64,000 nucleotides of DNA from Podarcis bocagei (Eukaryota): the NCBI GenBank assembly GCA_964188305.1, contig OZ076893.1; one strand, written 5' to 3'. Of this stretch, positions 50,101 through 62,854 are shown piece after piece. The notes beneath the pieces are model-generated. The model had not been told where the DNA came from. It was given only the letters and a program-made list of their open reading frames with translations, and searched no databases. The translations under genes were made by a program, and so were the position numbers. The first letter of the stretch is position 1; every line of letters starts with the position of its first letter.

Positions 50101-51099
50101 ATTTCCGGTTTGTCGGTTCTTTTTAGTGGGTATTTCTTTAAATGGAGGGTTTTCCTTATCTGTGGGTTTATCTGTTTTATGCTGTGTTGTTAATGGCTTC
50201 CTTAGGCCTAGGTGGTGTTGAGGTGATAAAACCGGCAACTAAATTGTACCTCTTCAGGTTGTGGGCTGGAATTTATTTATTTAGGAAAGTTATTCTCTCG
50301 TTCTAGTTATTCTATCATTCAACATTGGACTCCAAGTCAGGTTGCAAGTGTATAAATATAATATATCATAACACACAAGAGGCGCACATAAAGCCAGTAC
50401 TCAAATCAGTTAAAAATCATAAAACTAGCAAATGCCATGGATCAGCTTTCAACTGATGTCCTAGGGATAACACTGTTTCCAGCAGCCATGTTTGTGAGAG
50501 AAGGACAATCCCCTTTAGGACCACCACCTCTGAGAGAGACTGTTCTCATATCACCACATAATACACCAGCTCTGATGTAAGAGGTTGCATTGAGTAAATA
50601 AAGTTAAAGCTTTGAAGCTGCAAAGCTTGCCCAATATTGCACTTGCAGTTGTTACCCATTCATTGCTACTAATGAGCCTATGATAAAGAAAAGTTCCTCA
50701 AGGTAAAGTCCACAGCACTGAATTTTTCACCTCAGTCAGTATTGTACCATTAATTTCAGAAGGTATTTTTTAAAAAATACGCAATTAGCTTTTTATTTGC
50801 TTGCTTGTTCTTTTTTTAAAAAAAACAACAACTTGTAAGATGTAGTACAAATCAAGTTGGAAATCTTGATGACATCTAGGCGTTCAGTGAAACTTGATTA
50901 CTTGTTTTAAACATTTCTACATTGGTTACTCGTAATTACCCCCATTTTTGCCAGGGAGTTCAGAAATTACGTTCTTCATTTAAAAAATTGTTTGCAGAAT
51001 AAACTAGTCTGATTCCTGGGTGCCGTCTTCCCTGTCACCATAAGCATATTGGCTGTATATGTCTTCTATGACCGTAACAATTCTTTATTAAATAATCAA

Positions 51100-51290
51100 A
51101 TAATCTGGTACTAATCAGGAAGTTTCCAGTTCGAATTTCACTACTGCCATGAACTTGCTAGGTAGCTTTGGGCAAGCCATATGTTCTCAGCCTTGGTTAC
51201 CTTGTCTGCAATATGGCAGATAATACTGACTTAGCTTTACAGGGTTGTTGTAAGGATTATGTCTATGGTAATACAAGTAAACACTTGAAA
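51100..51290 (+). mobile_element. Old MIR-like CORE SINE
   Basis: B-box-like gttcgaat, then ttgggcaagcc...tctcagcc...tctgcaatatgg..ataatactga...acagggttgttgtaaggatta. Confidence 0.65.
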
Positions 51291-51521
51291 GCAGTAGCTG
51301 GTATCCAGTGTCCTCCGTATGCTAGCACAAGATCTATTGCATTAGTGGGTGGTTGAGGTTTAACAGAGGAATCCAGTGCAGCACTTGCACTAGTGGAAAC
51401 TTGCCGTGCAACAGATTGTGCAGTCCATTGTGCCACAGAGTTACCAACAACTTCTTTATGCATTCTGGTGTGCATCAGTGTTCTGCTGGTGCAACCTTTT
51501 CACCAGCAGAGCCAATGTATT

Positions 51522-51757
51522 CATAGAATCTTTGAGTTGGAAGGGACCCAAGGGTCATCTAGTCCAACCCCCTGCAATGCAGGAATCTCAGCTAAAGCAT
51601 CCATGACAGATGGCCACCCAACCTCTGCTTAAAAACCACTGAGGAGGAAGGAGAGTCCACCACCTCTTGTGGGAGTCTGTTCCACTGCCGAACAGCTCTT
51701 ACTGTCAGAAAGTTTTTCCATATGTTTAATCATAATCTCCTTTCTTCTAACTTGAAT
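51522..51757 (-). mobile_element. CR1 LINE 3' fragment
   Basis: Minus strand translates FKLEERRL*LNIWKNFLTVRAVRQWNRLPQEVVDSP (CR1 ORF2 C-terminus) and ends in an ATTCTATG tail. Confidence 0.88.
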
Positions 51758-52413
51758 ATTGTTTGGTGACTTAACTTAGTGCTTCATTGGATACAAATGT
51801 TAAGAATTAAGCCTGAATGTTGCATTAATACAGAACTCAATATCCTGTTTGCAACTTCATTGCGTATCGAGTGTGCCTTATAATTTATTTAAATATGTAG
51901 TTAGTTAACTGAGCAACAGGATTTTGTGACTACTAGAAGAAATTAACCTTAAGAGCTAGGCATATAACTGACTTAGCTTATTGTAGTTCTTGCTGCTGCT
52001 TGCTCACTCATCTGATTACTCTGCTCAGGGGAATAAGGTTAAGGACATGCTGTTGGTAAGTAGAGCATTTTCAGGGTTTTAGTTCAGCAGATGGGCTGTT
52101 TGGCTATATTCATACATTTGACTGCCTGCTGTGGCAGCTGCCTCAGCTGCCTGTTGTGTTCTTTTGTTCTGTTCTATCCAGGAATGGAACACAAGGAAGT
52201 GTAGTGAATGGATTAATTTAAGGTTACTGTTTCCTGGCTTTCTAGTTTCTTATCATAATCAAGCTTCATATGAGTTTTTTTTAATGAAATATTAAAAGCT
52301 CAGGATTTGTAAAGGCTTCATTTAGAATTGCAGAAAGCTGTAGTGTGTTTAAATACAACTTGTTTTTACTTTCAACCTGATTTTTAAAAATTCTTTCTCT
52401 TCTTTTTTTTTAG

Positions 52414-52588
52414 GACTCGTAACACGAATTTGCCTGACACTCTGTGGTCCAAAAGAATTAAGGAAATATGGAATGACATGAAGGCGATTAGTTGAGGATT
52501 AAAGGCTTTGAAGACAAACACCTCAGTGAGGTGAAGCACGAACTAGTATTCTAGTTGTGGCTGTGAGACGCTGCGTGCTGGAACAAAG
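52414..52588 (+). other. CHD7: CHD7 exon 2 5'UTR portion (175 nt)
   Basis: Long polypyrimidine tract with AG at 52412-52413; leads to aagATGG, a strong Kozak context. Confidence 0.85.
52468..52495 (+). promoter_or_regulatory. Three overlapping minimal uORFs (ME*, MT*, MKAIS*)
   Basis: ATGs at 52468, 52473 and 52478; stops at 52474-52476, 52479-52481 and 52493-52495. Confidence 0.8.
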
Positions 52589-54253
52589 ATGGCAGATCCA
52601 GGAATGATGAGCCTGTTTGGAGAAGATGGGAATATTTTCAGTGAAGGACTGGAGGGCTTGGGTGAATGTGGATACCCCGAAAATGCAGTAAACGCTATGG
52701 GGCAACAAATGCCTATTGATCAAGGATTTGCCTCATTGCAATCACCCCTTCACCATCCTCCTAACAGTCAAAATCAAGCAAAGTTGACCCACTTTGATCA
52801 TTATAATCAGTATGAACAGCAGAAAATGCATCTGATGGATCAGCCCAACAGAATGATGAGTAATGCCCCAGGGAATGGTATAGCATCTCCTCACTCACAG
52901 TATCATAATCCTCCAGTTCCTCACGGTGGGAGTACCGGTAGCCAAATGGGTGTCTATCCTGGTATGCAGAATGAAAGGCATGCACAACCCTTTGTAGATG
53001 GTAGTTCTATGTGGGGGCCAAGGGCAGTTCAAGTGCCAGACCAGATAAGAGCACCATACCAGCAGCAACAACCACCACCCACTCAGCCGCCGCCACCAGC
53101 ACCATCAGGACCACCTGGACAGGGACATCCTCAGCACATGCAGCCAATGGGAAATTATATGGCTCGTGGTGACTTTTCAATGCAACAGCATGGTCAGCCA
53201 CAACAGCAGAGGATAAACCAGTTTTCTCAAAGCCAGGAAGGTCTTAATCAGGGAAATCCTTTCATTGCCACCTCAGGACCTGGCCACATGTCTCATGTGC
53301 CCCAACAGAATCCAAGCATGGGCCCTTCTTTACGACATTCAGTGCAGCAATTTCATCACCACCCTCCCACTGCTCTCCATGGAGAATCAGTAGCCCATGG
53401 TCCCAGATTCTCCCCTAACCCTCCTCAGCAGGGTGCTGTTAGGCCACAAACACTTAATTTTAGTTCTCGGGGCCAGACAGTACCTTCACCTACTATAAAC
53501 AACTCAGGGCAGTATTCTCGTTATCCTTACAGTAACCTTAATCAGGGATTAGTAAACAATACAGGGATGAATCAGAATTTAGGCCTTACAAATAACACTC
53601 CAATGAATCAGTCTGTACCTAGGTACCCAAATGCCGTAGGGTTTCCATCTAACAGTGGTCAAGGACTAATGCACCAGCAGCCCCTTCACCCTAGTGGCTC
53701 ACTTAACCAAATGAACACACAAACTATGCACCCTTCACAGCCTCAGGGAACCTATGCTTCTCCACCTCCCATGTCACCCATGAAAGCAATGAGTAATCCA
53801 GCAGGTACACCTCCACCACAGGTTAGGCCTGGTAGTGCTGGAATACCAATGGAAGTTGGCAGTTATCCAAATATGCCCCATCCTCAGCCATCTCACCAGC
53901 CGCCTGGTGCCATGGGAATTGGACAGAGGAGTATGGGCCCTCGGAATATACAACAGAATCGGCCGTTCATGGGCATGTCTTCAGCCCCACGGGAAATGGG
54001 GGGCCACATGAGACCAAATGGCTGTCCAGGTGTTGGCCTTGCTGATCCACAAGCAATACAAGAACGATTAATATCTGGCCAGCAGCATCCCAGTCAGTCA
54101 TCTTTTCAGCAGCAGATGCCAACCTGTCCTCCCATGCCACCTCACCCAGGCATTCACCACCAGTCTTCACCACCACCACATCCTCACCATCAGCCTTGGG
54201 CGCAGCTTCACCAGTCACCGCAGAACACACCACAAAAAGTGCCTGTCCTTCAG
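52589..54253 (+). CDS. CHD7: Chromodomain helicase DNA-binding protein 7, first coding exon (codons 1-555; gene continues beyond the window)
   Basis: [32 protein letters not shown]... is the CHD7 N-terminus. The exon ends at the phase-0 donor CAG|GTAGGT. The last 8 aa of the track ORF (VGNMLLKV) are intronic read-through. Confidence 0.98.
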
Positions 54254-56389
54254 GTAGGTAACATGCTATTGAAAGTGTAATTATCTTCAGGTATTTTTAT
54301 TTTAAGCAGTTTTCTATTGATCCTTTTCTATATTTATGGATATATGGCTATCCTGTTTTGCTTGTGGTAACTAAATTAGATAGCTATCATCTCCAGATGA
54401 CTTCACTCTCTCTGTTAGTTGATTTGTTAGTGTTTTTAAGAATCAGTTCTTTTTTTATTTTCTTAAAGATGATTTTATGCTGCACTCTATCCTGGTATCA
54501 GTAATGATGGAGAGTGGGATATAAATAATTTTAAATAAATAAAATTAATGTATTCACTGAAATGCTTTGGTTCTAAATAGAATCTTTCGAACCATCTTTG
54601 GGGCTAATTGCTTCATGTTTAAAAATGTATCTTAAATTGGGGCCCTGTAATTAAATATAATTATATTTTTCTGGAAACCAAGGAAAAGTCAAGGTGAAGG
54701 AATAGTTAGATGTTCCCCTGGAAATAAGTTTACAATACAATTGGAGAACAATAGATCTGGTATTTCCTGTTGACTGCATGTTAATTTTAGTGTAAGAGAG
54801 ATGGCAAGACCAGGTCTCAGGTTTGGGAAAAAGGTTTGTCTTGGATTAGAGAAATGATTTATTTGTTTGCTCCCTCTTTCTTCCAGTAATAGCAAAGGTT
54901 TAACACTCTGACCGTATTTTTCTCACTGTTAATAATGAAGTAGAAACAAAACTGAGCAAACTGTCATTTTACCCTTCTGTCTGGAATGGATATGAAAGGA
55001 CATTAGTGCTTGCTTAAAATAAAATTGCTGTGGTCAGAATCTGGGCTGTCAGTGGAGTTTTTGTTTAATCTCATATATAGAAAACACACAAAAGAAGGGG
55101 CAATATGATAAACCAATTTTACCCCCTTCATATTCTAAAAGCTGCACTGTAGTCATTATTACTTGTCTGACTTTTGCTTTGTTTGTGATACAATAAGGAA
55201 TAAAAAAGTTTCTCTTACAGACATGTATGCCATCTTTTGGGATTTTCAAGAGTAGCAAACCTTTCCTGCTTGTGAGATTAATAATTGAAAAAGTTCCGAA
55301 CAGTTTGTGCTCTCACCACCCAGACTGTAAAATGTCTTAGGTGCTTTGAACTTTTTCTTGGTAGGATAGTTTTTTTCTTTTCTTGCTGTATTACTGAGGA
55401 CTAATGTGCTGAAAAGTTCAGTTTATTGCAGTTTTAATCAACAAAGACAGCTATATTCAGAACCGATTTTCACAAAAATGGCCAAAGATGTATTAAATGC
55501 AAAGTCTCATGAGAATAACACTTTCTACTATAGATGGAAACTTTTATGTAGCTGCAGAAACTTGTCTTTTGAAATCAAGATAGAAGGTCATTGACCTTTG
55601 TATGAATTGAAATGAATGACCTGTGGACATGAAAGATACGGTGTGTGTTTTGTATAAATGGAATGGAAATATTTTTAGTAAGCTTCTGCTGAAGGACCAC
55701 CAATTTGTTTTATTCCAATTATAGTTTTCAGACTTAGAGACCAAATTGTCGATTAATTCTATACATTGGGTTAACAAACCACTCATTTTACAAGTTAAAT
55801 ATAGCAATTTCATCCATCAGTTGACTGTCTAGTTTGTTCAAATGTGCCACCAGACATTGTGAAATATGTAGAGGTTGGTGGATTTGAAACATGCCCCCCC
55901 CCCGGCATTTGATGGCCTTGGCAGATAAATTCTGTATCAGCGTGGGCTAGGGACTACATAAAACTGCTCACACCACACCCTTTAATTCACTGTGGTCTTT
56001 TGGTGGTGGTGGTCAGCATGCCAGACATCTTGCTATCATTTTATCCCGTTTCCAACTGAGGTCAGCAATGCATTCATCAGTGAAAGACCTATAACGGTGA
56101 TAAATCACATATCGTCATACAAAACTGCCAGGCACATTTCCATTGCTTTTGAGTTCTTTTGCTGTGAAAGAGAAATAAAAGCCAGGTTTCATTCCACCAT
56201 GTTGCAAAATTTCTAAGCAGGCACATAGGATTGTGTGGATTCATTGATAAAATAAATATAATATTAACTGTTGTAAATGCAAATTATAGAGTTTAATTTC
56301 TGTAATGAAGACATTCATAAAAATGTGAATTGAAAAATTTCCCTTTTCACAGATTATTCAAATTTTCATTGGAAAAAAATCAGTTTGCA

Positions 56390-56507
56390 CAGGATGGGGA
56401 ACCTCTGGCTCTTTGGATGCTATGGGATTCTTAACTTCTACCAGTTTCAACCAGCATGGCCGGGGTCTGGGATGGTGGGAGTTTTAGTTAGATGACTTTT
56501 AGAGGAC
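56390..56507. mobile_element. Degenerate hairpin hAT-type MITE, interrupted or truncated at the Sauria SINE
   Basis: caggatggggaacctctggc...gggatggtgggagttttagt. Confidence 0.55.
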
Positions 56508-56517
56508 TACTATAGAG

Positions 56518-56714
56518 ATAAATAGGTACCGCTCTGGCAGGAAGGTAAATGGTGTTTCCGTGCGCTGCTCTGGTTCATCAGAAGCAGTTTAGTCATACTG
56601 GCCACATGACCCGGAAGCTGTACGCCAGCTCCCTCGGCCAATAAAACAAGATGAGCGCCCGCAACCCCAGAGTCGTCTGTGACTGGACCTAACGGTCAGG
56701 GGTCCCTTTACCTT
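56518..56714 (+). mobile_element. 5'-truncated Sauria SINE
   Basis: ggccacatgacccggaag core and ggtccctttacctt tail; 10-bp TSD TACTATAGAG (56508-56517 and 56715-56724). Confidence 0.9.
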
Positions 56715-57558
56715 TACTATAGAGTGATCTAATTTTGCATGCTTATTTTACTTGTATTTAGTAAACAAAAGCTGCCAAGCTTTGAAGCTGCCAAGCTTGC
56801 CCAGTATTGTATTTGAAATTGGTATTTGTTCATTAATGATAGGTGACTTCAGTTACCCTCACATGGGCTGGCTACACATGTGTTCCAATCACAACAAAAA
56901 TGTAAACATTTCTGGATTCTCGTAAGGGATTATGCTCTGAAACAGTTGGCCATGGAACTGGTCAGGGGGCTGGTGACCCTGAATTTAATCTTAAGTGGTG
57001 CCCAGGATGTAGCGTGAGGTGTAGTGTTAAAAAGGAAGGTGAAAGGCAAAGTCAAAAGGGTCAAATTTCCCAAATGCTCAGGAGTTGTTTAAAACCACAA
57101 TATTAGAAGTTCAGCTAGAATCTATACTGTAGATAAAGAAAGATAACCACCAGGGCCAAGAGGATGCCAGCGTGGTCAACCGTGTGTCTGCTTCAAGTAA
57201 CACTTAGCTGAATAGTAGGGCTGGCAATAACTGGTTTTCAACATCGCAATATATCACCAACTAAACATAGGAATATACTAATATATCACAATGTCTGAAA
57301 TAAGGATGTAGCTATGTAGAGGCATTGCCTGGCTTCACGGTTTTTCCAGCATCATTATTTTTGCGTAGTGCATATGTGCTTGTGCGCCTGTGCACACACA
57401 CACCATGTCTTGCAGGTTTACCTTGTGGGATTCAGTACACCATACTCACATTGGCCATAACGGCTTCCTCAACATCCAGCAAGGTTTAAGTGTCCTCTGC
57501 CTCAACTTTGATGCCTGAAGGGGCTCTCCAACAGTAACCTCACCTTACTATAGTAGTA

Positions 57559-57674
57559 CAGTCGTGCCTTGGTTGTTGAACACCTTGGTACTCAGACGTT
57601 TTGGCTCCCAAACGCTGCAAACCCAGAAGTGCGTGTTTCGGTTTGCGAACTTTTTTCGGTTCGGTTTGCGAACA
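57559..57674. mobile_element. Truncated Tigger-like MITE (family B)
   Basis: TA-CAGTCGTGCCTTGGTTG... homologous to the left half of 23079; breaks off at a duplicated tcggtttgcgaac. Confidence 0.8.
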
Positions 57675-58355
57675 TTGGCCTCTACATTCTTCAGTGAGAA
57701 GATAAGTAATGGAGGATACACTTCTTTGAAATTTAGCTTTCCATTCATTACCTAACTTTCTGTGCAATATGCAGGCAAAGGGAAGTATGAAGTATGTTTT
57801 AGGAAATGTTCTCAGTTCATGTGGGGTGATGGCAAGCTACAACAGGTTAGGTCAGAACTCTGCATGAAATGAGTGCAGCCACACCCCAAAATCATCTGCA
57901 TCGCTGTTGTGCAGGGTTCTTTGACAGGCAAGTTGATGTGAAAAGGCAGAAAGCTTGAGCACTGCTGCCTTAAAACTAGTGCATAATTGGCATCTTGTCT
58001 TTCCTGTGATTTCTCTTTGACACCTTTCAAAACTATACTGCAGCAGTATTTAGCTAATTTAGAAGTTTCAGTCTTTCTGCTCGCAATTGGTACTTCTAAT
58101 TTTAAGATGTATTTTAAGATGTGTCACCTATTCACCAATGTTTGAGAAAAGATGAGAGTAAAATAAGCTTGTTTGCTTTGATATTGATGTACTCCAGATT
58201 TTCTGTGCAACCATTAAAGTCTAAGTGCTACTTTAAAAAGGTCAAAGGACTACTGTAGGTTAGAACTGAGTTGCAATAAAGTATAGAGAGCTGTTAGCTC
58301 ACCCCTTCAACATATCTTCTTTCCAGATAAATCATCCCATTCAACAATCTCAGTA

Positions 58356-58601
58356 CAGTGGTACCCTGGGTTAAGAACTTAATTCATTCTGGAGGTCCGT
58401 TCTTAACGTGAAACTGTTCTTAACCTGAGGTACCACTTTAGCTAATGGGGCCTCCCGCTGCTGCCTCCACGCCACTGCTGCCTCCGCGCCACTGCTGCGC
58501 GATTTCTGTTCTCATCCTGAAGCAAAGTTCTTAACCCGAGGTACTATTTCTGCGTTAGCAGAGTCTGCAACCTGAAGCATCTGTAACCCGAGGTAGCACT
58601 G
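58356..58601. mobile_element. Tigger-like MITE (family E)
   Basis: TA-CAGTGGTACCCTGGGTTA...TAACCCGAGGTAGCACTG-TA; internal copies of the aacc(c/t)gaggtac terminus motif. Confidence 0.88.
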
Positions 58602-61600
58602 TAGTTTCACAGCATTTTATACTGTTAAAGATGCTTGATCTGAATATTTAACTGATAATCTAGTGTCTTCCTGGCATTTGACCAGTGGGATATCATAACT
58701 ATTTTTAGGTTTTTGTTTTCGTTGTGAACGACCTCTTTTTATAATAGCCATCATAAATGATTTCTCTGTTTCAAATTATTCAAATGTAAAATATGTAGTT
58801 TGTTAGTTATATTAAAAACTAGGCAGACATTGGTCGTCGTCCCCCCACTTGCATTATTCTGTGTTTTATGTTTGTATTCCTCTCCCCCTTTCCCTATTTT
58901 AGAGAGGAATCACCAGTGTCACTCATGCACTGTCTGGTTATGATCTGATGGTTTAAAGTTGCAGCAATACAGAAGGAAGTGGCTCAGAACTCCTGCATGG
59001 TTGAATGTTAGGGCAGTGAAAGCTCTCACCTGCTTCACAGCAATTCATTTAGAGGTCAGCATGGTAGCAAGAAAAAAATGGTAATTAGACCTTTTCAGTT
59101 AATAGAGGCTGTACTATAGACTGGCTTTCTGTGGAATGTGACTTCTAAAATCTGCTTCTGCTGAACAGCTGGTATTGAAAGGGACCAGAGATGTGGAAGG
59201 CTGTCAACCCATCCACCAACTGGAGGTTTCCAACCCATGTTGGAACATGGACAGTATGTGAATGTCCCTCCCATCCCCGTTTGCTATTTTACTGGTTCAT
59301 CAGCTTATACTTCATAGTTTCTAATATGCACACAGTACCAATGTTTGTTTGCTAACATCAGGCCATCTTGTATGTTTTGAAGTGCAAGTTTCAGTGTGTT
59401 CATTCTATGTTGCTTGTCACCTTATCAACAGAAAGGGAAATCTGTTCCTTCTCACCACCTAGATTCAAATTCTGTCATTCACATGTTTTTGGCACTTACT
59501 CTTGCTTAAAGAGAGGCTTACAAACCATCTTAACAACAGATTTGGCGTGATTGTAGCCTTCCTTCTTTACTTTTGCCTGTCTTGTACTCTGCCCAGAGGG
59601 AAATGCTTCTGTATTTTCCCTGCAGCTTCAGTGGTTGCATCTATCTTTACAAAGAAGATGTAAAGGCAGCTGCTGCTGGAGTGAATGACAAACTGGTTCC
59701 TTGGAAAAAATAGTCACCATCATAGAGAACTGGGCAGATTTATTGTGGGAGGGAGCACAGAAGTGGCTGGATGAGCTGGGAAAAGGTTACAGTTAACTCA
59801 GTGCACGATTTGACTTAGTGACCCTTCCATTGCAATCCTAAGTAGGAGTTGGAGGTGTGTGAAGTGGCAAATCTACTGACACTTCCAAAATCCTGGTGAC
59901 TTGGGTCTGGCCAGAAAGCTTTGGGAGTGGCAAACTTGTTTTCCTCACCTGCATGTTATTTGTTTGTTTGTTTTTGTGGGGAAAGCTCCATTCTGTTGTG
60001 GTGGAGGCTCTGATCCTTGGGACTCTTTAGAGAATATTGGGGCTTTTGATCAGCTGATCCAAGGCTACATCTGTCTCCTCTCCTTCATGCTCATGAAATG
60101 CCCTGTTTGGGGGCCCAATTTCCATTGGAAACCCTTCTGGCAGCAGAGTCAAGCCCCCAGTGTTCTGTGGGTGCAGTGGGTTCACAGTGATGGAGATGGC
60201 CCCTCAGCAATGCATTTTTCCACTGGTGGGGTTCACTTCTGAACAAGCATAACCCCCCCTTGAGCCAGCTGATTCCTCTGTTCTTTTGAATTCAAATGGT
60301 GTATTAAATATGTAACCAAGCTTATTTCTACCTGTCTCTTGCTTCCTTGTTCAGGAACAATAGATTATTTGAGGTTGCACCATTGCAACGGCAATCAAAT
60401 ATAAGATGTATAAGTAGTGAATATATATTCCAGACTACTGTTAATAAAAAACAGAATGGAAACAGTTGTGGACTCACTCAATATTCTTTTTAAATCCTCC
60501 CTTCTACAAATATAATACTTTGTTTTTATTTTACAAAAAATTATATAATATGCAACCTTAAAACTTTAATCTGGAGATATTTTAGCTAGATTAACATGAA
60601 TATAAACAGTTCCTTTTCCTTGCCCTCAATTTCTTTTACAAAGAACTAAATAAATTGCTCTTTATAAGGGGCTGGAGTTTCCAAATTGGGTACCGAAATT
60701 GTTAAAAAGAAGATGGTTGTGTTGAGTAAGTAACTTTTGTTTAACTAGTTAGAAGCATTCTATCACATCTTGTGTCTCAGCTCGAAAAAAGTATCCTGTG
60801 CTTTTGAATTATCTATTCACAAGGCTGGCTGAAACTAGTTTGCCCAATTAGCATAAAAATAAGTCTGCAACAGCAAGCTGATCTGGTAGGCGGCAGCATC
60901 ATCACCTAGGAGGTTTCTGGGTTTGAATGTGCTTGAAAACCTGACCTGGATTTCTTGCACTGGAATAGTTACAATTCTCAGTTAGATTCCAAAATCCTGG
61001 CTCCAGATAACTGTGCCTCCTTGTAATTATGAATATTACAAATTTATGTAGGTATTTAAAAGTTATAGGGTATTTATGGCCATAATGAATTGCATGCCAG
61101 CTTCGGTTACTTACTTTTAACATGTGCTTACTTGGCACAGGATGTGCATCTCCTGTACTGTTGCTCAACAAAGATACATCACATATCAGCTTCCGTCCTT
61201 AACAAATGACCTGTAGGTTCCCAATGCCCCTTTTCACAAAGCAAGAGACTTTATAGAGTGATGTGGGCTGAAGGGGAGGTTGTGTTCTGGTGAGGCATAT
61301 TCTGGTGGTTAGAGAATGAACTATTAAATCATCAGTGAACTTACCATTCTGCCCTTAGATAAGTCATTCTTTCAGCCTCCCCCTCCCCCTTCTGCAATAC
61401 AGAGACAGTACTGACCTTGGGGGGAACTGTTAATAAAATTGCATTTTAAACACTTTACCAGCACTTGGGAAACATTGGTAGTATTATATCATTTCTTCTT
61501 TCTCCTCCCACCTGAGAGGAAGGTGCATATTCATAGAGATCTGCTGACTTCTGCATAATGAGAACATCACAGTGGTTGTAATGTATATGGGACCTTGGAT

Positions 61601-61931
61601 GACTGTAGGATTGCTTATACTTGCAGATTAACTGCAACATTACTTTTTCTGGGCCAAGATTTTGGTTCTCATTAGCCCAAGCTCCCAAAATATTGGTGGC
61701 AACATGCAGATCTGTATAAAGTGGAAATGATACCTCTTCATTGTTTTGTAGGTTGTAATAGCATAGGAAAATAAATATTAGCACATACAACTGCATCATG
61801 TACTATGGTAACTACTGTAGATTTTTGATAAATGGGGAGTTTGAATTGCAGCTAACCTGTCAGAAGAGCACTTATGCTAAAATTGTAGGTTTTGGAAGGC
61901 CTGTAGTTTCTTGTCTGAATAATGCTGGTAC

Positions 61932-62069
61932 CATGTGTGGGAAATGTGTGGCTCTCCAGGTGCTGCTGGACTCCAAATCCCATCAGTCCCAGCTAGCATG
62001 GCATGTGGTCAGGAATGATGGAAGTTGGAATCCAGCACCATTTGGAGGGCCATAGGTTGCCCATCCCTG
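61932..62069. mobile_element. Hairpin hAT-type MITE
   Basis: ctccaggtgctgctggactccaaatcccatc...gatggaagttggaatccagcaccatttggag, ending in CCCTG. Confidence 0.65.
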
Positions 62070-62719
62070 CTTTAAATGGTTGTAATTTCTATTTTTATCA
62101 ATTATGCATTCCTAGAGAATTCCTACAGGAAATGGAATCCTACATTCAAACCTCTGCAGTTGCATACAGAAAAAGAGTTTTTGAAACAATAGTAAAGTAT
62201 ACCAGCAAATCTCTGCCTTAATTTATATTTCAGTAGCAAACTTTTATGTAATGTTTACAGATTTTTGATCTTTCTTCACATTTGGTCTCTGCACATTTGA
62301 TACAAGCAGCTGATACATTTAGTTTAATGACCACACTTCTTCAAAAGGATCCCAGAGTCGCATACAGCAACTAAAACAATACATACAATAAAACCATATC
62401 AATATTAATAAAAACATTAATTAAATCCATTAATTAAAAACAACAAACTATAGGAATATATCTAACTTTGAACCATATATGAGACTCCCAAAACTTGAGT
62501 GAATATATTCAGAATTCATTTTCATCATTTGTTCTCATGGACAGCAGATAAATTAGTTTCTTTACATTCCTGCTGAATATGCATTTGTATTGATAACTCA
62601 TATAGATTAATATGTCAGGTAAAAAGGTGTGGTTTAAATATTTTGTATAAAAGAATGCTGTTGTGCAGCGGTTAAAACTGCTCATTGAGGTATTTATGCA
62701 AGGTCGTCTTTCTGGCACA

Positions 62720-62854
62720 GTCATGTAGAAGTTTTTGGCCTATAAATGTTGTTGACCTACAATTCCTGTCAGTCCTGACCATTGGCCGTACTGGTTTGGG
62801 TAATGGAAGATGCAGTTTAGCAACATCTGGATAGCCAAAAGTCCCCTACTCCTG
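62720..62854. mobile_element. Degenerate hairpin hAT-type MITE
   Basis: atgttgttgacctacaattcctgtcagtcctgaccattggcc...gcaacatctgga...CCTG. Confidence 0.6.

Noticed and set aside
54254-54280. Treating the 563-aa ORF as a complete single-exon gene
   Set aside because: CHD7 similarity ends at the donor at 54253. The remaining exons lie outside the window.
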